The notes under the pieces were generated by a model. The model worked only from the letters and a program-made list of their open reading frames with translations. It searched no databases and had not been told where the DNA came from. Positions 48,763 through 58,835 of a stretch of 64,000 nt of DNA are shown in pieces. This DNA is from Methanotrichaceae archaeon (lineage in GTDB: Archaea; Halobacteriota; Methanosarcinia; Methanotrichales; Methanotrichaceae), in assembly GCA_963748825.1 (NCBI GenBank), contig CAVVKN010000009.1, positions 64,001 through 128,000 on the forward strand. Reading direction: 5' to 3'. The position numbers and the translations under genes are program-made. How positions within the stretch are numbered: the stretch's first letter is position 1; each line of letters begins with the position of its first letter.

Positions 48763-49923
48763 ATGCGAATTGGAATGCTCTCTTGGGAGAGCTTATACTC
48801 AATAAAGGTCGGAGGGGTGGCCCCATGTGTCTCAGAGATCTCCGAAGCGCTGGCCAGAAGGGGCCATGAAGTACATGTATTTACGCGCCGAGGCGATTTT
48901 GAGTCCTACGACAAGATCAATGGCGTCCATTACCAGAGAGTGGATGTCGACAGCTCCGGGGACGTACTAGCTCAGATGAACCGCATGTGCGATGCCCTTT
49001 ACGATCGCTTCGGGGCGGTGCAAAAGCTCTTCGGCAAATTCGATATCATGCATGGCCATGATTGGCACCCGGTGCCGGCTTTGACCCGCATAAAGCAGGA
49101 CTATGGTCTGCCCTTCCTTCTGACCATGCACAGCACGGAATGGGGCAGAAATGGAAACCACTTCGGTTACGGCATATCTCAGGAGATCTCCCATCGAGAG
49201 TGGCTGGGCTGCTATGAGGCCTCCAAGGTTATTGTGACCACCAGGCGCATGCAAGATGAGCTGATGTGGATATACAGCCTGCCTGAAGAAAAGATCCTCA
49301 TAATACCAAACGGTATCATTGTGGGAAAGATGAGAAGAGGCCTTGACGCCGGCCGGGTCAAAGAGAAGTACGGCATTCACCCTATGGCGCCAATGGTACT
49401 CTTCTGCGGCAGGATGAGCATCCAGAAGGGACCGGACCTCCTGGTAGAGGCTGTGCCCCATATCTTGAGAAACAGATCCGATGCTCGTTTTGTCTTCATG
49501 GGGGAGGGCGGCATGAGGCCGGACTGCGAGAGGAGAGCTCGCGAGCTTGGAGTAGCGGATGCCTGCCGATTCCTTGGATACACCTCCAGCGCCGAGAAAG
49601 AAGAGCTGGTTAATGCCTGCGATCTCATGTGCGTTCCCAGCAGAAACGAGCCTTTCGGCGTTGTGGTCCTGGAGGCCTGGGATGCCTGCAAACCGGTAGT
49701 GGCGACGGATGCGGTGAGCATAATTAATAACTTCGAGGACGGCCTCCTGGCCTATATTCAGCCGGAATCCATCGCCTGGTGCATAAACCGGCTGCTGGCC
49801 AATCCCGAGGAGATGACGAAACTGGCTCGGGCAGGATGCAGCCGGATTGATACCGAGTTTAGCTGGGATCAAATCGCCAAGAGGACGGAAGACGTTTATG
49901 AAGAGGCAAGAAAACATCTCTAA
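48763..49923 (+). CDS. GT4-family glycosyltransferase (glycogen-related)
   Basis: KVGGVA, HGHDWH, HSTEWGR, QKGPD and PSRNEPFG motifs. Confidence 0.9.
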   Translation: MRIGMLSWESLYSIKVGGVAPCVSEISEALARRGHEVHVFTRRGDFESYDKINGVHYQRVDVDSSGDVLAQMNRMCDALYDRFGAVQKLFGKFDIMHGHDWHPVPALTRIKQDYGLPFLLTMHSTEWGRNGNHFGYGISQEISHREWLGCYEASKVIVTTRRMQDELMWIYSLPEEKILIIPNGIIVGKMRRGLDAGRVKEKYGIHPMAPMVLFCGRMSIQKGPDLLVEAVPHILRNRSDARFVFMGEGGMRPDCERRARELGVADACRFLGYTSSAEKEELVNACDLMCVPSRNEPFGVVVLEAWDACKPVVATDAVSIINNFEDGLLAYIQPESIAWCINRLLANPEEMTKLARAGCSRIDTEFSWDQIAKRTEDVYEEARKHL

Positions 49924-49966
49924 CCGAAAGGTTCTTGAAGGGTGAGCAGCACAAAGGGCTCTTGGC

Positions 49967-50040
49967 GCCTCGATAGCTTAGCCCGGTATAGCGCGTCCTT
50001 GGTAAGGACGAGGTCGCGGGTTCGAATCCCGTCCGAGGCT
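49967..50040 (+). tRNA. tRNA-Thr (GGT)
   Basis: CGTCC-TT-GGT-AA-GGACG anticodon arm; TTCGAAT T-loop. Confidence 0.9.
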
Positions 50041-50086
50041 TAAAAATTTTTTATGCAGTAGTCTTTGTGCAGTTGATGACATTTTC

Positions 50087-51946
50087 TCAATTGCACGCCT
50101 TCCAGGCTCGCAGCACCTCTGCCACCGACCAGGCCTGGGAGATGCACCCGCCCGGCCGCTGGGGCATATCACCGTCAAAGACCTCGGGAAGGGTGCAAAT
50201 CCCGCCAGCCTGCATGGTTATCAAAGGCCTGAGAAGCTCTCTGGCCTGTGCCAGGATCGGGCCGGACCTGCCTTTCACGGAGAGCAGAGCATCAATGTAC
50301 GGCCCCATGAGCCAGGGCCAGACGGTGCCCTGGTGGTAGGCCCCATCCCTACGGCGAGAGTCGCCCTCGTATCTACCTGCATAGCGCGGATCGCGGGGAG
50401 AGAGCGTTCTCAGGCCGAAAGGCGTGAGCAATTCACGCGTCACAACATCAAGAATGCTCTTTCTCATAACATCCGGCAGCAGATCGGGAATTCCTGCCGC
50501 GATGATCTGGTTGGGCCGGATGGATGCATCCTCATGGTCAATCACATCGAAAAGGCAGCCGGTCTCACTATTCCAAAACCTTTGGTAGCTTTTCCCGACC
50601 CTCTCTGCTTGCTTTGCAAATCCTGGATCAGGGGATTTGTCTAAAGCCTCGCAAAGCTTCTGCATATCTCTCAGGGCAGAATACCAGAGGGCATTTATCT
50701 CGCAGCATTTTCCCGCCCTCGGTGTAACCGGCCGGCCATCCAGACGAGCATCCATCCAGGTGAACGCTGGCCCGGATACGATAAGACCATCTTCGTCCCC
50801 CCCGAAGTCCTCTCCAGACCGAGAATAGCGACGAAATACCTCTAGTAGCCTGGGCCAGACACTCCTGACAAACTCCCGGTCTTTAGAATATTCATAATAG
50901 CTGCCCACAGCCCGAACAAACCACAGGGATGCGTCCACTGTGTTGTAAGAACTGGCCCCCAGGTCGTTAGGCAAAACGCCTTCTTTCATGGCGGAGGCGA
51001 AGGATTTCAAGACCAGCCCGGCATCCTCAAAGCGCCCTGTGCAGAGCAAGAGGCCGGGCAGGGAGATCATGGCGTCCCTCCCCCAATCATCAAACCAGTG
51101 GTACCCGGCGATGATGCTCTTGCCTTGGCCTCTTTTCACCAAGAAGGCGTCAGCGGCCCTTGCCAGATCAGGAAGGGGAGCCAGAAGCTTTTCCATGCGT
51201 TCCTTTTCGTTTTGCTGCTCTGCCCTCCAGTCCGGCATGCCAGTCCTCCAGGTAGAAGCAGCAATGGCAAAGGCGGCATCTCCAGATAGTTCGATCTCGA
51301 AGCGGCCCGGTGAGAAGAGGTCCTCCTTCCAGGCCAAGCCCCGCCGCCGTTCCTCTTCGTACTCGAAGTTATGGTAAATCACCTCTTGCGGCACATAGGC
51401 AGGCCCGTCCGAGAAGAGAGTGAGGCGGATGTCCGGGCGAAGACGTGATCGAAGAATCGTTCCCGTTTGAAGAGGTTCCTGGCTCATGCCCGGCTGAAGA
51501 GATGCAGCGTGAAAGCTCCTGCTGTGCACCAGGGGAACGATGGCAAACGTTCCCTGCCCATTTTTAATTTTGTAGCTGATGATGGTGGTGTTCTCATTAC
51601 GAATCATGAAAACGGTCTTCTCGATACAGGTACTGCCCACCTGATAGCAGAATCTGGGGAATGGATCCTGGCGAAATTCCTGCAGGTATTTGAATCCCTG
51701 GGGGTGGATTACACCGGGATATTGATGATTGGCTAGAGAGGCGCCCTCTATCTCCTCGTCCAGGGAGCTGAGCAAAAGCCAGCGGTCCGCCGGAGGCTGC
51801 AGCGCCGCCACAAGAAGGCCGTGATAGGCCCGCGTGTTGCTGCCGGCCACGGTAGCGGAGGCGTAGCCGCCCAGACCATTGGCCAGCAGCCACTCCCGGC
51901 TCGCGCCCTCTTCATAGCTCTGCGGGCGAAGGGCAAAATCAGTCAT
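50087..51946 (-). CDS. Glycogen debranching enzyme (amylo-alpha-1,6-glucosidase, archaeal type)
   Basis: EWLLANGLGGYA, IAGYHWF.DWGRD, TWMDA, YHQGTVWPW and QAWSVAE motifs. Confidence 0.92.
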   Translation of the reverse strand: MTDFALRPQSYEEGASREWLLANGLGGYASATVAGSNTRAYHGLLVAALQPPADRWLLLSSLDEEIEGASLANHQYPGVIHPQGFKYLQEFRQDPFPRFCYQVGSTCIEKTVFMIRNENTTIISYKIKNGQGTFAIVPLVHSRSFHAASLQPGMSQEPLQTGTILRSRLRPDIRLTLFSDGPAYVPQEVIYHNFEYEEERRRGLAWKEDLFSPGRFEIELSGDAAFAIAASTWRTGMPDWRAEQQNEKERMEKLLAPLPDLARAADAFLVKRGQGKSIIAGYHWFDDWGRDAMISLPGLLLCTGRFEDAGLVLKSFASAMKEGVLPNDLGASSYNTVDASLWFVRAVGSYYEYSKDREFVRSVWPRLLEVFRRYSRSGEDFGGDEDGLIVSGPAFTWMDARLDGRPVTPRAGKCCEINALWYSALRDMQKLCEALDKSPDPGFAKQAERVGKSYQRFWNSETGCLFDVIDHEDASIRPNQIIAAGIPDLLPDVMRKSILDVVTRELLTPFGLRTLSPRDPRYAGRYEGDSRRRDGAYHQGTVWPWLMGPYIDALLSVKGRSGPILAQARELLRPLITMQAGGICTLPEVFDGDMPQRPGGCISQAWSVAEVLRAWKACN

Positions 51947-53421
51947 CGTTTGCCCTCCAATAGAGCGGCATCCACTGCCTCCAATAGGCCTTTTCGCAGT
52001 CTCTCCCCCGTGATGCTCTTTAATTTGGCCAACTGCTGCGCGAGAGGCGCATCTGCAAGGCTAGTCGCAGCCCAGAGAGCCAGATCCCCCCGGCTATTAT
52101 GATATTGCAATGAGTCGAAAGAAACGGTTTTTAAAATATTCTGCAGACCGGCCAAGCTCCAGGCAACCTCTCCTGTGAACTGATCCGTGTCTGTGGCAAA
52201 ACGGAAAGGTGAATCGGCCAGATGAGTCTTCATCTTAAGACGGTAGTGCAGGTCACATAGAACGCTGAAGTAGGTAACGGAGGCATCATAAGGGATGCCA
52301 TATGGGCTGAAGTAGCTGTGCACCTCTCCCGGCCCCCCTCCGTGAGTGAAAATGTAATAGAGATGATCGGATAGCAGAAGCGTCCTCCAAATCTGCAGAA
52401 GCTCTGGGTCCCGGCTCTCTTTGACAGGGGCCTCTAGCCTCTTTTGGTAGATGAAGCAGGCCTGCTGCAAGGCATTTCCCAGCCAGCAGCTCGTATCCCT
52501 CTCCAGATCCGCCCAGGAGACATAATTTGGCACAGATAGCTCTCTTTTTGCAGGAGTGTCTCTCGCAATCTCGGCAGGCGTGGCAAATCGGAGGTTCTCA
52601 TGCCGTAAAACCTCTTCAGGCAGAACGCGCAGGAACTCAAAGATGCCAGTATCCGCCCACTGATGCTCGCCAAACGTCTCATAGTCGCAGAAGATGTTTA
52701 TGCACTGGCCGGGAGTTCTTGCCAGCCAGGTGGCATACTTGTCGGCGGTGAGTGGGTACTCTTCCCAGCTATGCGAGGAGAAGCGAAAGCCGATGTCGTC
52801 TGTGAGCTTGTAGTTTCTGAGCAGCAAAGAGATGTCGGTCTTGGGCGGCCGGTAAACGTAATTAGGGTCGGCCACCACGCCTTCGGTGAAGACGGCCTTG
52901 TATCCCATTCCCTCGACCATCCCAGCAATCTCATCATTGTAAATCAGTTCCGTATTCTCGAAGGTAGTGGGATGCAGTCCAAAAATGTCCCAGATAAGCT
53001 CCTTATGCATCTTAACCTGCTCAAAAAACTCAGCTTTATCCTCGTAGAGGCTGGCCAACGAGTGATAGTAGGTCTGCCCCATCACCTCCACCCCGCCCGT
53101 CTCCACCAGCTTGACAAAGGAGTCCAAAACCTCGGGACGATAGGTACGGCACTGCTCCAGGAAGATGCCGGAGAAGCTGTAAGCGACCTTGAAGGGACTG
53201 TCCGATCCCTCATGCTTTCTAATGCTCTCTAAGATCACCTCGTTGGCAGGCAGATAGCATTTGTCGGATACGCGCTCAAAGATCCTCCTATTCTCAGAAT
53301 CATCAAAATAAAACTCATGCAAATTGGGCACAACCTCCTTGAGGGGAGAATTGTCCCAGAAGAAATTTTTCTTGAGCCGGATGGGCTGGTGGACCTCAAA
53401 GCATAGGGATACAAGGGTCAT
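51943..53421 (-). CDS. GH57 glycoside hydrolase (alpha-amylase-like)
   Basis: EVHQP, QTYYHSL, NTELIY, DYETFGEH and SWAD motifs. Confidence 0.92.
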   Translation of the reverse strand: MTLVSLCFEVHQPIRLKKNFFWDNSPLKEVVPNLHEFYFDDSENRRIFERVSDKCYLPANEVILESIRKHEGSDSPFKVAYSFSGIFLEQCRTYRPEVLDSFVKLVETGGVEVMGQTYYHSLASLYEDKAEFFEQVKMHKELIWDIFGLHPTTFENTELIYNDEIAGMVEGMGYKAVFTEGVVADPNYVYRPPKTDISLLLRNYKLTDDIGFRFSSHSWEEYPLTADKYATWLARTPGQCINIFCDYETFGEHQWADTGIFEFLRVLPEEVLRHENLRFATPAEIARDTPAKRELSVPNYVSWADLERDTSCWLGNALQQACFIYQKRLEAPVKESRDPELLQIWRTLLLSDHLYYIFTHGGGPGEVHSYFSPYGIPYDASVTYFSVLCDLHYRLKMKTHLADSPFRFATDTDQFTGEVAWSLAGLQNILKTVSFDSLQYHNSRGDLALWAATSLADAPLAQQLAKLKSITGERLRKGLLEAVDAALLEGKR

Positions 53422-53545
53422 GTTTTCTATATCCGACTGCAAAATATTTACATCCTTCGCGCGGCCTTCTCAATTATCCTCAAATGAGCAAAAGGTATAA
53501 ATCCTAGAACGGAATTCTTAATTGCTTCCAGTGGGGGAATTAGTA

Positions 53546-53818
53546 ATGGTATTTGGACTGACAATGATCAAAGTTAGCTCCGGCCAGGAAAGATCGGTGT
53601 ATGCCCATCTGCAAAAAAGGCCGGAAGTAAGGGACGTCTATCGTCTCTTTGGAGAGTATAGCTTCTTTTTAGTTATGCAGGCAGAAGAAAGAAATGGATT
53701 AGGCCGTATGCTCAGCGAGATAAAAGCTAGAGAGAATGTCATAAAGACCGGGCCCGTCCTCCTCACCGCAGAAGAGGGCGGCCCGGAGATGGGCAGAACT
53801 GATTTCGCCACCTATTGA
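53546..53818 (+). CDS. Stand-alone Lrp/AsnC ligand-binding domain protein
   Basis: MIKV..G.E..VY..L.....V..VYRLFGEY pattern. Confidence 0.8.
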   Translation: MVFGLTMIKVSSGQERSVYAHLQKRPEVRDVYRLFGEYSFFLVMQAEERNGLGRMLSEIKARENVIKTGPVLLTAEEGGPEMGRTDFATY

Positions 53819-53823
53819 AATCG

Positions 53824-54264
53824 TCACATCTCCCCAGTTTTCTCTTCTGAGCAGCTCGGCTCGATAAAAGGCGCAAACTTGGTGCCGTAGTAGATTATGC
53901 CCTTCTCACCCTCTTTTCCCAGGATGCGAAAAACGGGCCGAACGCGCATGCCTATCTTCACACCCGCCGAGCTGGAGACGATCTGACCGGTAATCTTGGG
54001 GCCCTCATCCAGTTGAATGATGGCCAGATTATAGGGCGTCAGCCTCTCGAAGTCCTCGGTGGCATTATAGATGGTAGTATAGGTGACGATGGTGCCCGTC
54101 CCCTTGAAGGTGTACTCCTCTAAATGCGCCCCGCGACGGCAGTTGGGGCAGAGGTTTCTGGGAGGGAAGAAGTATTCATTGCAGCAAGTGCAGTGTGTCC
54201 CGGAAAGATTGTATCTTTGCGGTATGCTTCTCCAGAATCTGGGCGCTTGGGTTGTCATCATCAC
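53824..54264 (-). CDS. DUF35 Zn-ribbon/OB-fold scaffold of the thiolase-HMG-CoA synthase complex
   Basis: C..C....FPPR..CP.C and IYYGTKF; operon context. Confidence 0.92.
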   Translation of the reverse strand: MMMTTQAPRFWRSIPQRYNLSGTHCTCCNEYFFPPRNLCPNCRRGAHLEEYTFKGTGTIVTYTTIYNATEDFERLTPYNLAIIQLDEGPKITGQIVSSSAGVKIGMRVRPVFRILGKEGEKGIIYYGTKFAPFIEPSCSEEKTGEM

Positions 54265-55424
54265 CTCGTAAATATGTGGACCAGGGCTGTTCCGCCTGAG
54301 CCGCCCACATTGTGGGCCAGGCCCACTTCCGCCTCATCCACCTGTCGCCTGCCGGCTTTTCCACGCAGTTGTAGGACGATCTCGTAGGCCTGCTTTATTC
54401 CTGTGGCACCCACGGGATGGCCGCAGGCCTTCAGCCCTCCGGAAGTGTTGACGGGCAGGCGCCCTCCCAGGGCCGTCAATCCATCTTCCGTAGCTTTGCC
54501 GCCCTGGCCCTTTTCCACGAATCCCAGGTCCTCTATGGCCAGTATCTCCGCGATAGTGAAGCAGTCATGCACCTCGGCTACGTCAACTTGGCGCGGCTCG
54601 ATTCCGGCCTGGGTGAAGGCGGCCCGCCCGGCATGGACGGTGGCATCCAAAGTGGTCAGATCGCGACGATCATGCAAGGCCAAAGTATCACTGGCCTGGG
54701 CACTGCCCACGATCTTTATGGGCTCTTCGGAAAATCTTCTCGCCATTTCCGTGGGGGCAAGCACCACAGCCGCCGCTCCATCGGAGATGGGAGAGCAGTC
54801 CAGGACATGCAGAGGGTCCGCCACCATGGGAGACTTAAGCACATCATCAATCGTTATCTCCATATGATACTGCGCGATGGGATTCATACAGGCATGGTGG
54901 TGATTTTTCACCGCTACCTGGGCCATCTGGTCGTGCGTTGTCCCATAGCGGCGCATGTGCAGCTTGGCCATCATGGCATAGAGCGCAGGGAAGGTGGCGC
55001 CAAAGAAGCACTCCCATTCCCGGTCGGCGGCTGATGCCAGTGCGTCGGCAGCGGTGCCGGTGGAGACATCGGTCATCTTCTCCACACCGGCCGCGATGAC
55101 AATATCGCTATAGCCACTGGCCACCGCCAGTACCGCCTGACGTAACGCCAGGCCCCCGGAGGCACAGGCCGCTTCCACGCGCGTGGAGGGTATGTGCAGA
55201 CGGGAGAGACCCGCGCAGTCGGCGATGAGCGCCCCGATGTGCTCCTGCTCGATGAACCGGCCGGCGCTCATGTTGCCCACGTAAAGAGCGTCGATCTGCT
55301 CGCCGGTGATTTCGGCATCTCCAATGGCCATCACACCGGCCTCAGCGATCATGTCGCGCAAAGAGACATCCCATCGCTCTCCGAACTTGGTGCAGCCCAC
55401 ACCAATTATGGATACGGATCTCAT
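54261..55424 (-). CDS. Acetoacetyl-CoA thiolase (archaeal type)
   Basis: [21 protein letters not shown] and HNVGG motifs. Confidence 0.93.
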   Translation of the reverse strand: MRSVSIIGVGCTKFGERWDVSLRDMIAEAGVMAIGDAEITGEQIDALYVGNMSAGRFIEQEHIGALIADCAGLSRLHIPSTRVEAACASGGLALRQAVLAVASGYSDIVIAAGVEKMTDVSTGTAADALASAADREWECFFGATFPALYAMMAKLHMRRYGTTHDQMAQVAVKNHHHACMNPIAQYHMEITIDDVLKSPMVADPLHVLDCSPISDGAAAVVLAPTEMARRFSEEPIKIVGSAQASDTLALHDRRDLTTLDATVHAGRAAFTQAGIEPRQVDVAEVHDCFTIAEILAIEDLGFVEKGQGGKATEDGLTALGGRLPVNTSGGLKACGHPVGATGIKQAYEIVLQLRGKAGRRQVDEAEVGLAHNVGGSGGTALVHIFTR

Positions 55425-56458
55425 ATTCTCAGCTTGCCCTTATGCTTGGCATACATGGCATAATCAAGATACTCGGCCTCGCCGATATAGTCGCGAACGC
55501 TAGGTGCGCCACAGCGGATCTCTTCAATCTTATCTTTCACGCTTATGCTGAAGGCGTCACTTCCGGCACCGGAGCCAAAGCTGGTCACAAAGATACGCTC
55601 ACCGGGCTTGGCGATGTCTAAAGTGGCAGCGAGACCGATGAGGCAGGATGCCGAGTAGGTGTTTCCGATGAGAGGCACAATCAAACCCGGCTCGATCTGC
55701 TTTTTGGAGAAGCCCAACATCTTGGCCACGCGCACGGGAAACTTACCATTGGGCTGGTGAAATACGGCATAATCATAATCCTCGGGCACGCTGCCCATAC
55801 GTTCCAGAAGGCCTCGCGCGGCGCCTGCCACATGCTTGAAATAGGCCGGCTCGCCCGTAAATCTTCCCCCGTGCTCCGGATAGGGCATGCCCTCTCGCCT
55901 CCAGAAGTCAGGGGTGTCGGAAGTGAAAGAATAAGTGCCCTCGATCTCTGCGGCCACGTCCCGGCTGCCTATTAGATACGCCGCTCCGCCAGCCGCAGCC
56001 GTATATTCCAGCATATCTCCCGGAGCGCCCTGGCTCACATCCGCGCCTATGGCCAGGCCCAGATCAATTAGATTGGAGCTGACAAGGCCCAGGCACGCCT
56101 GGAGGGCAGCAGTGCCCGCTTTGCAGGCAAACTCTAAGTCAGCAGCCGTAAAAGAGGATGAGGTGCATACGGCCTGGCCTACGATGGTGGCGGTAGGCTT
56201 CACGGCATAAGGATGGCTCTCCGAGCCGGCATAAATAGCACCTATCCTTTTCGGATCAATCCTCGCGCGCTGCAAGGCATTTCTTGCCGCCTCCACGGCT
56301 ATGGTAACCGTGTCCTCATCCAGATCGGGCACGGATTTCTCGAAGACGCGTAGACCCTCTGAGATCTCCTCTCCGTCCCCCCAAACCCTGGCAATCTCGT
56401 CCAGCCTTATGCGAAATCGCGGGATATAGACCCCATAACTTACAATACCAGAGACCAA
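55421..56458 (-). CDS. Hydroxymethylglutaryl-CoA synthase
   Basis: [30 protein letters not shown] and FGSGAGSD motifs. Confidence 0.95.
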   Translation of the reverse strand: MVSGIVSYGVYIPRFRIRLDEIARVWGDGEEISEGLRVFEKSVPDLDEDTVTIAVEAARNALQRARIDPKRIGAIYAGSESHPYAVKPTATIVGQAVCTSSSFTAADLEFACKAGTAALQACLGLVSSNLIDLGLAIGADVSQGAPGDMLEYTAAAGGAAYLIGSRDVAAEIEGTYSFTSDTPDFWRREGMPYPEHGGRFTGEPAYFKHVAGAARGLLERMGSVPEDYDYAVFHQPNGKFPVRVAKMLGFSKKQIEPGLIVPLIGNTYSASCLIGLAATLDIAKPGERIFVTSFGSGAGSDAFSISVKDKIEEIRCGAPSVRDYIGEAEYLDYAMYAKHKGKLRI

Positions 56459-56464
56459 GAGATT

Positions 56465-57184
56465 TCACCCTTTGCTCAGAGCAATGGAGATCTCATCAAC
56501 GGAAAAATGTGTCGTTAAAAGAGGAATATTCTCGACCTGTGCAATTTTAATGGCAATGGGACTGACCTCCGAAGGCATAAGCCCCTGCAAGACCACGGCG
56601 CCGGGCTTGAGGTTGCTGACCCGCACGGCCACCATGGGCGATTTGCCGGAATGAACGCCTGTGAATATCAGGGCGCGGGCTGTGCTGCGTCCGTAGATCT
56701 TCTGGAACTGGTCGGGAAGCATCTCAATGATGGCCTTCATGCTATCTATTACCGTATAGCCCCAGATAGTGATATCGGTGCGGCCGAAGATGACCTCGGC
56801 ATTCAGTTTTTCGACAATGGTAGCGAGGTGGATGGGATCCTGGTACTCGCAGACGCTGCAGATGGAGTCCAGGCCTAAAATGTCGCCCCACATGTTCTCG
56901 TAGGCGCGCAGAACATTGCAGCCGCGGCTCTCATCTATGCGCAGGAGCGCATCAATGATCTTGCTCACGATCATTATGCCGGGGGACTTGCGCCTGCCGC
57001 TCTCATAATCGGAGATCACTGAAGGAGACATGCCCATATGATTGGACAGGTCGGTCTGGGTTATTCCGAAGTTTCTGCGCCATTTCCTCAGGGTATCGCC
57101 TGGACTTTGGGAAAGGGTGATCTCTCCTGCTATCTTCTCAGCCAGTAATCCTCGTGCGTTGGAGATCTCCCCACCGGAATTCAT
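56465..57184 (-). CDS. Helix-turn-helix transcriptional regulator (archaeal conserved)
   Basis: IAGEITLS..PG.TLRKWR, SVISDYESGRRKSPG and GKSPMVAVRV; ATG 57184 chosen because the longer ORF overlaps tRNA-Gly. Confidence 0.9.
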   Translation of the reverse strand: MNSGGEISNARGLLAEKIAGEITLSQSPGDTLRKWRRNFGITQTDLSNHMGMSPSVISDYESGRRKSPGIMIVSKIIDALLRIDESRGCNVLRAYENMWGDILGLDSICSVCEYQDPIHLATIVEKLNAEVIFGRTDITIWGYTVIDSMKAIIEMLPDQFQKIYGRSTARALIFTGVHSGKSPMVAVRVSNLKPGAVVLQGLMPSEVSPIAIKIAQVENIPLLTTHFSVDEISIALSKG

Positions 57185-57279
57185 AAAACAACAACTAGTC
57201 AAACTAGGATATAAATCTAGCGAAAATAATTCGGCATTCAACGTAAGAATACCCTCAATAAAATAGATCAAAAAAGGAG

Positions 57280-57376
57280 TGCGTCGACCGGGATTCGAAC
57301 CCGGGTTGTAGGCTTGCTTCGCAGATATCAAAATCTGCCTGGAAGGCCCAAGTCATAACCACTAGACCATCGACGC
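57280..57376 (-). tRNA. tRNA-Gly (TCC) with a 25-nt intron (57315-57339)
   Basis: GCGTCGA/TCGACGC acceptor; TGGGC-CT-TCC-A[intron]A-GCCTA; intron hairpin gcagat/atctgc. Confidence 0.9.
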
Positions 57377-57752
57377 CCGCCCCTTAGGTGGCAGAGGTTG
57401 AACTTAACTGTTTCGATTGAAAGACGGCAATTAGAGCTTCACATCCATCCTCATGAGGAGACATGCCAACATGTCAGATACTTGCCGCGAGATCAATTAA
57501 AAAACATACTTATTGGCCAGAATTTGGCCAACAACGGATCAAAAGCATCTAAGTCTATTCAGTGCGGAAAAAAATTTTGCGGCTTAAGCCCCAACAGTTA
57601 GACCGTATCCCAGCAAAAATACCATTGCCAGAACCAGAAGCATTACCCAATAGTGAAATACTCCATCCATTTTTCAATCACCTTTTTCCAAGCCAATTGC
57701 CTAACATATCTATACCAGCCCAGTGGCCAAATGGTATTATGGCTATTAAGCT

Positions 57753-57803
57753 ATTTACCTTTTTTGGTGATTTACCTTTTTTGGATATTTACCTTTTTAG
57801 GTT
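57753..57803. repeat. Three tandem 17-bp repeats with core ATTTACCTTTTT(T/A)GG
   Basis: atttaccttttttggtg / atttaccttttttggat / atttacctttttaggtt. Confidence 0.85.
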
Positions 57804-58157
57804 TAAACCTATAATACCACTCACACTTTTCATTAAGTATTTTGAAAATACGAATCAATACATCAATAATTTAAATTAAAAATTCACTAATTAGTGCTGA
57901 AATCCCGATATAAAGAAATATGATCATTTTCCAATTGCTCGCAAAAATGCCCGTCATTGTATGTGATGCGAAATACTTGCCTTGGAACTACGTTTTGCAG
58001 AATTCAATTTAAAAGAAATTATTTTAATTAAATAATAAATATAGGATGTTTGCTACATTTGAGGTAGCGCATGTGATCTAATGAAATGATGCATCATATT
58101 AATAAGAGCATGAAATCATGCCATCAGATAACTTGATATATAGGTGAGACGGCGAGG

Positions 58158-58703
58158 ATGCAAGGCATGAATCTACTGATAACGGCCTTCTGGCTAATGC
58201 TGCCTGCCTATATACCCAATAACTGCGCAGCTCTCTTCGGAGGAGGCATGCCTCTGGACGGAGGCCGGATCTTCCACGACGGGCGGCGCACTCTGGGTGA
58301 CGGCAAGACCTTTCGTGGAACCTTCGCGGGAACTGTCTGCGGCGTTTTGGTAGGGCTCCTGCAAAACATGGTCGCTCCCTTTGTCGGCATGCCCTCCTTC
58401 GGCAGCGGCTACGAGCAAATATTCATTCTCCTTAGCCTATCCCTTGGGGCGATGCTGGGGGATATCGTTGCTGCGTTCTTCAAGCGCCGCATGGGTCTTC
58501 GGCGCGGTGCACCCCTTTTTATCATAGATCAGCTTGATTTTGTCATCGGAGCCTGGCTTCTGACCCTGTTCATAGCACCTGACTGGTTTTTTCAGCATTT
58601 CACTTCTGCGATAATATTAATTGCGCTCATAATAACTCCCATCCTGCACCGGGTTACAAATATCATAGGCTACAGGATGGGTGCGAAGAAAGAGCCCTGG
58701 TAA
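58158..58703 (+). CDS. carS: CDP-archaeol synthase
   Basis: PAYIPN, PLDGG...DGRR.LGDGKT.RG, GD....FFKRR, DQLDF and K.EPW motifs. Confidence 0.93.
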   Translation: MQGMNLLITAFWLMLPAYIPNNCAALFGGGMPLDGGRIFHDGRRTLGDGKTFRGTFAGTVCGVLVGLLQNMVAPFVGMPSFGSGYEQIFILLSLSLGAMLGDIVAAFFKRRMGLRRGAPLFIIDQLDFVIGAWLLTLFIAPDWFFQHFTSAIILIALIITPILHRVTNIIGYRMGAKKEPW

Positions 58704-58835
58704 ACTCATAATCGCATTTTCCCTGTCGGCTATCGCGAAAGGTTTATAAGTTTAGGTAATTGATACCAAGAGCGTCATAGCCAATTTTATCATGAAACAG
58801 CATGAAATTGGTGAAATGAAAAGGAGGAGGAATAA

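Noticed and set aside
57185-57331. N-terminal extension of the HTH regulator in the ORF track
   Set aside because: Overlaps tRNA-Gly; the conserved protein begins near ATG 57184.
57753-57803. Repeats as a CRISPR array or replication origin
   Set aside because: There are no spacers or cas genes, no recognisable ORB motif and no cdc6/orc1 nearby.
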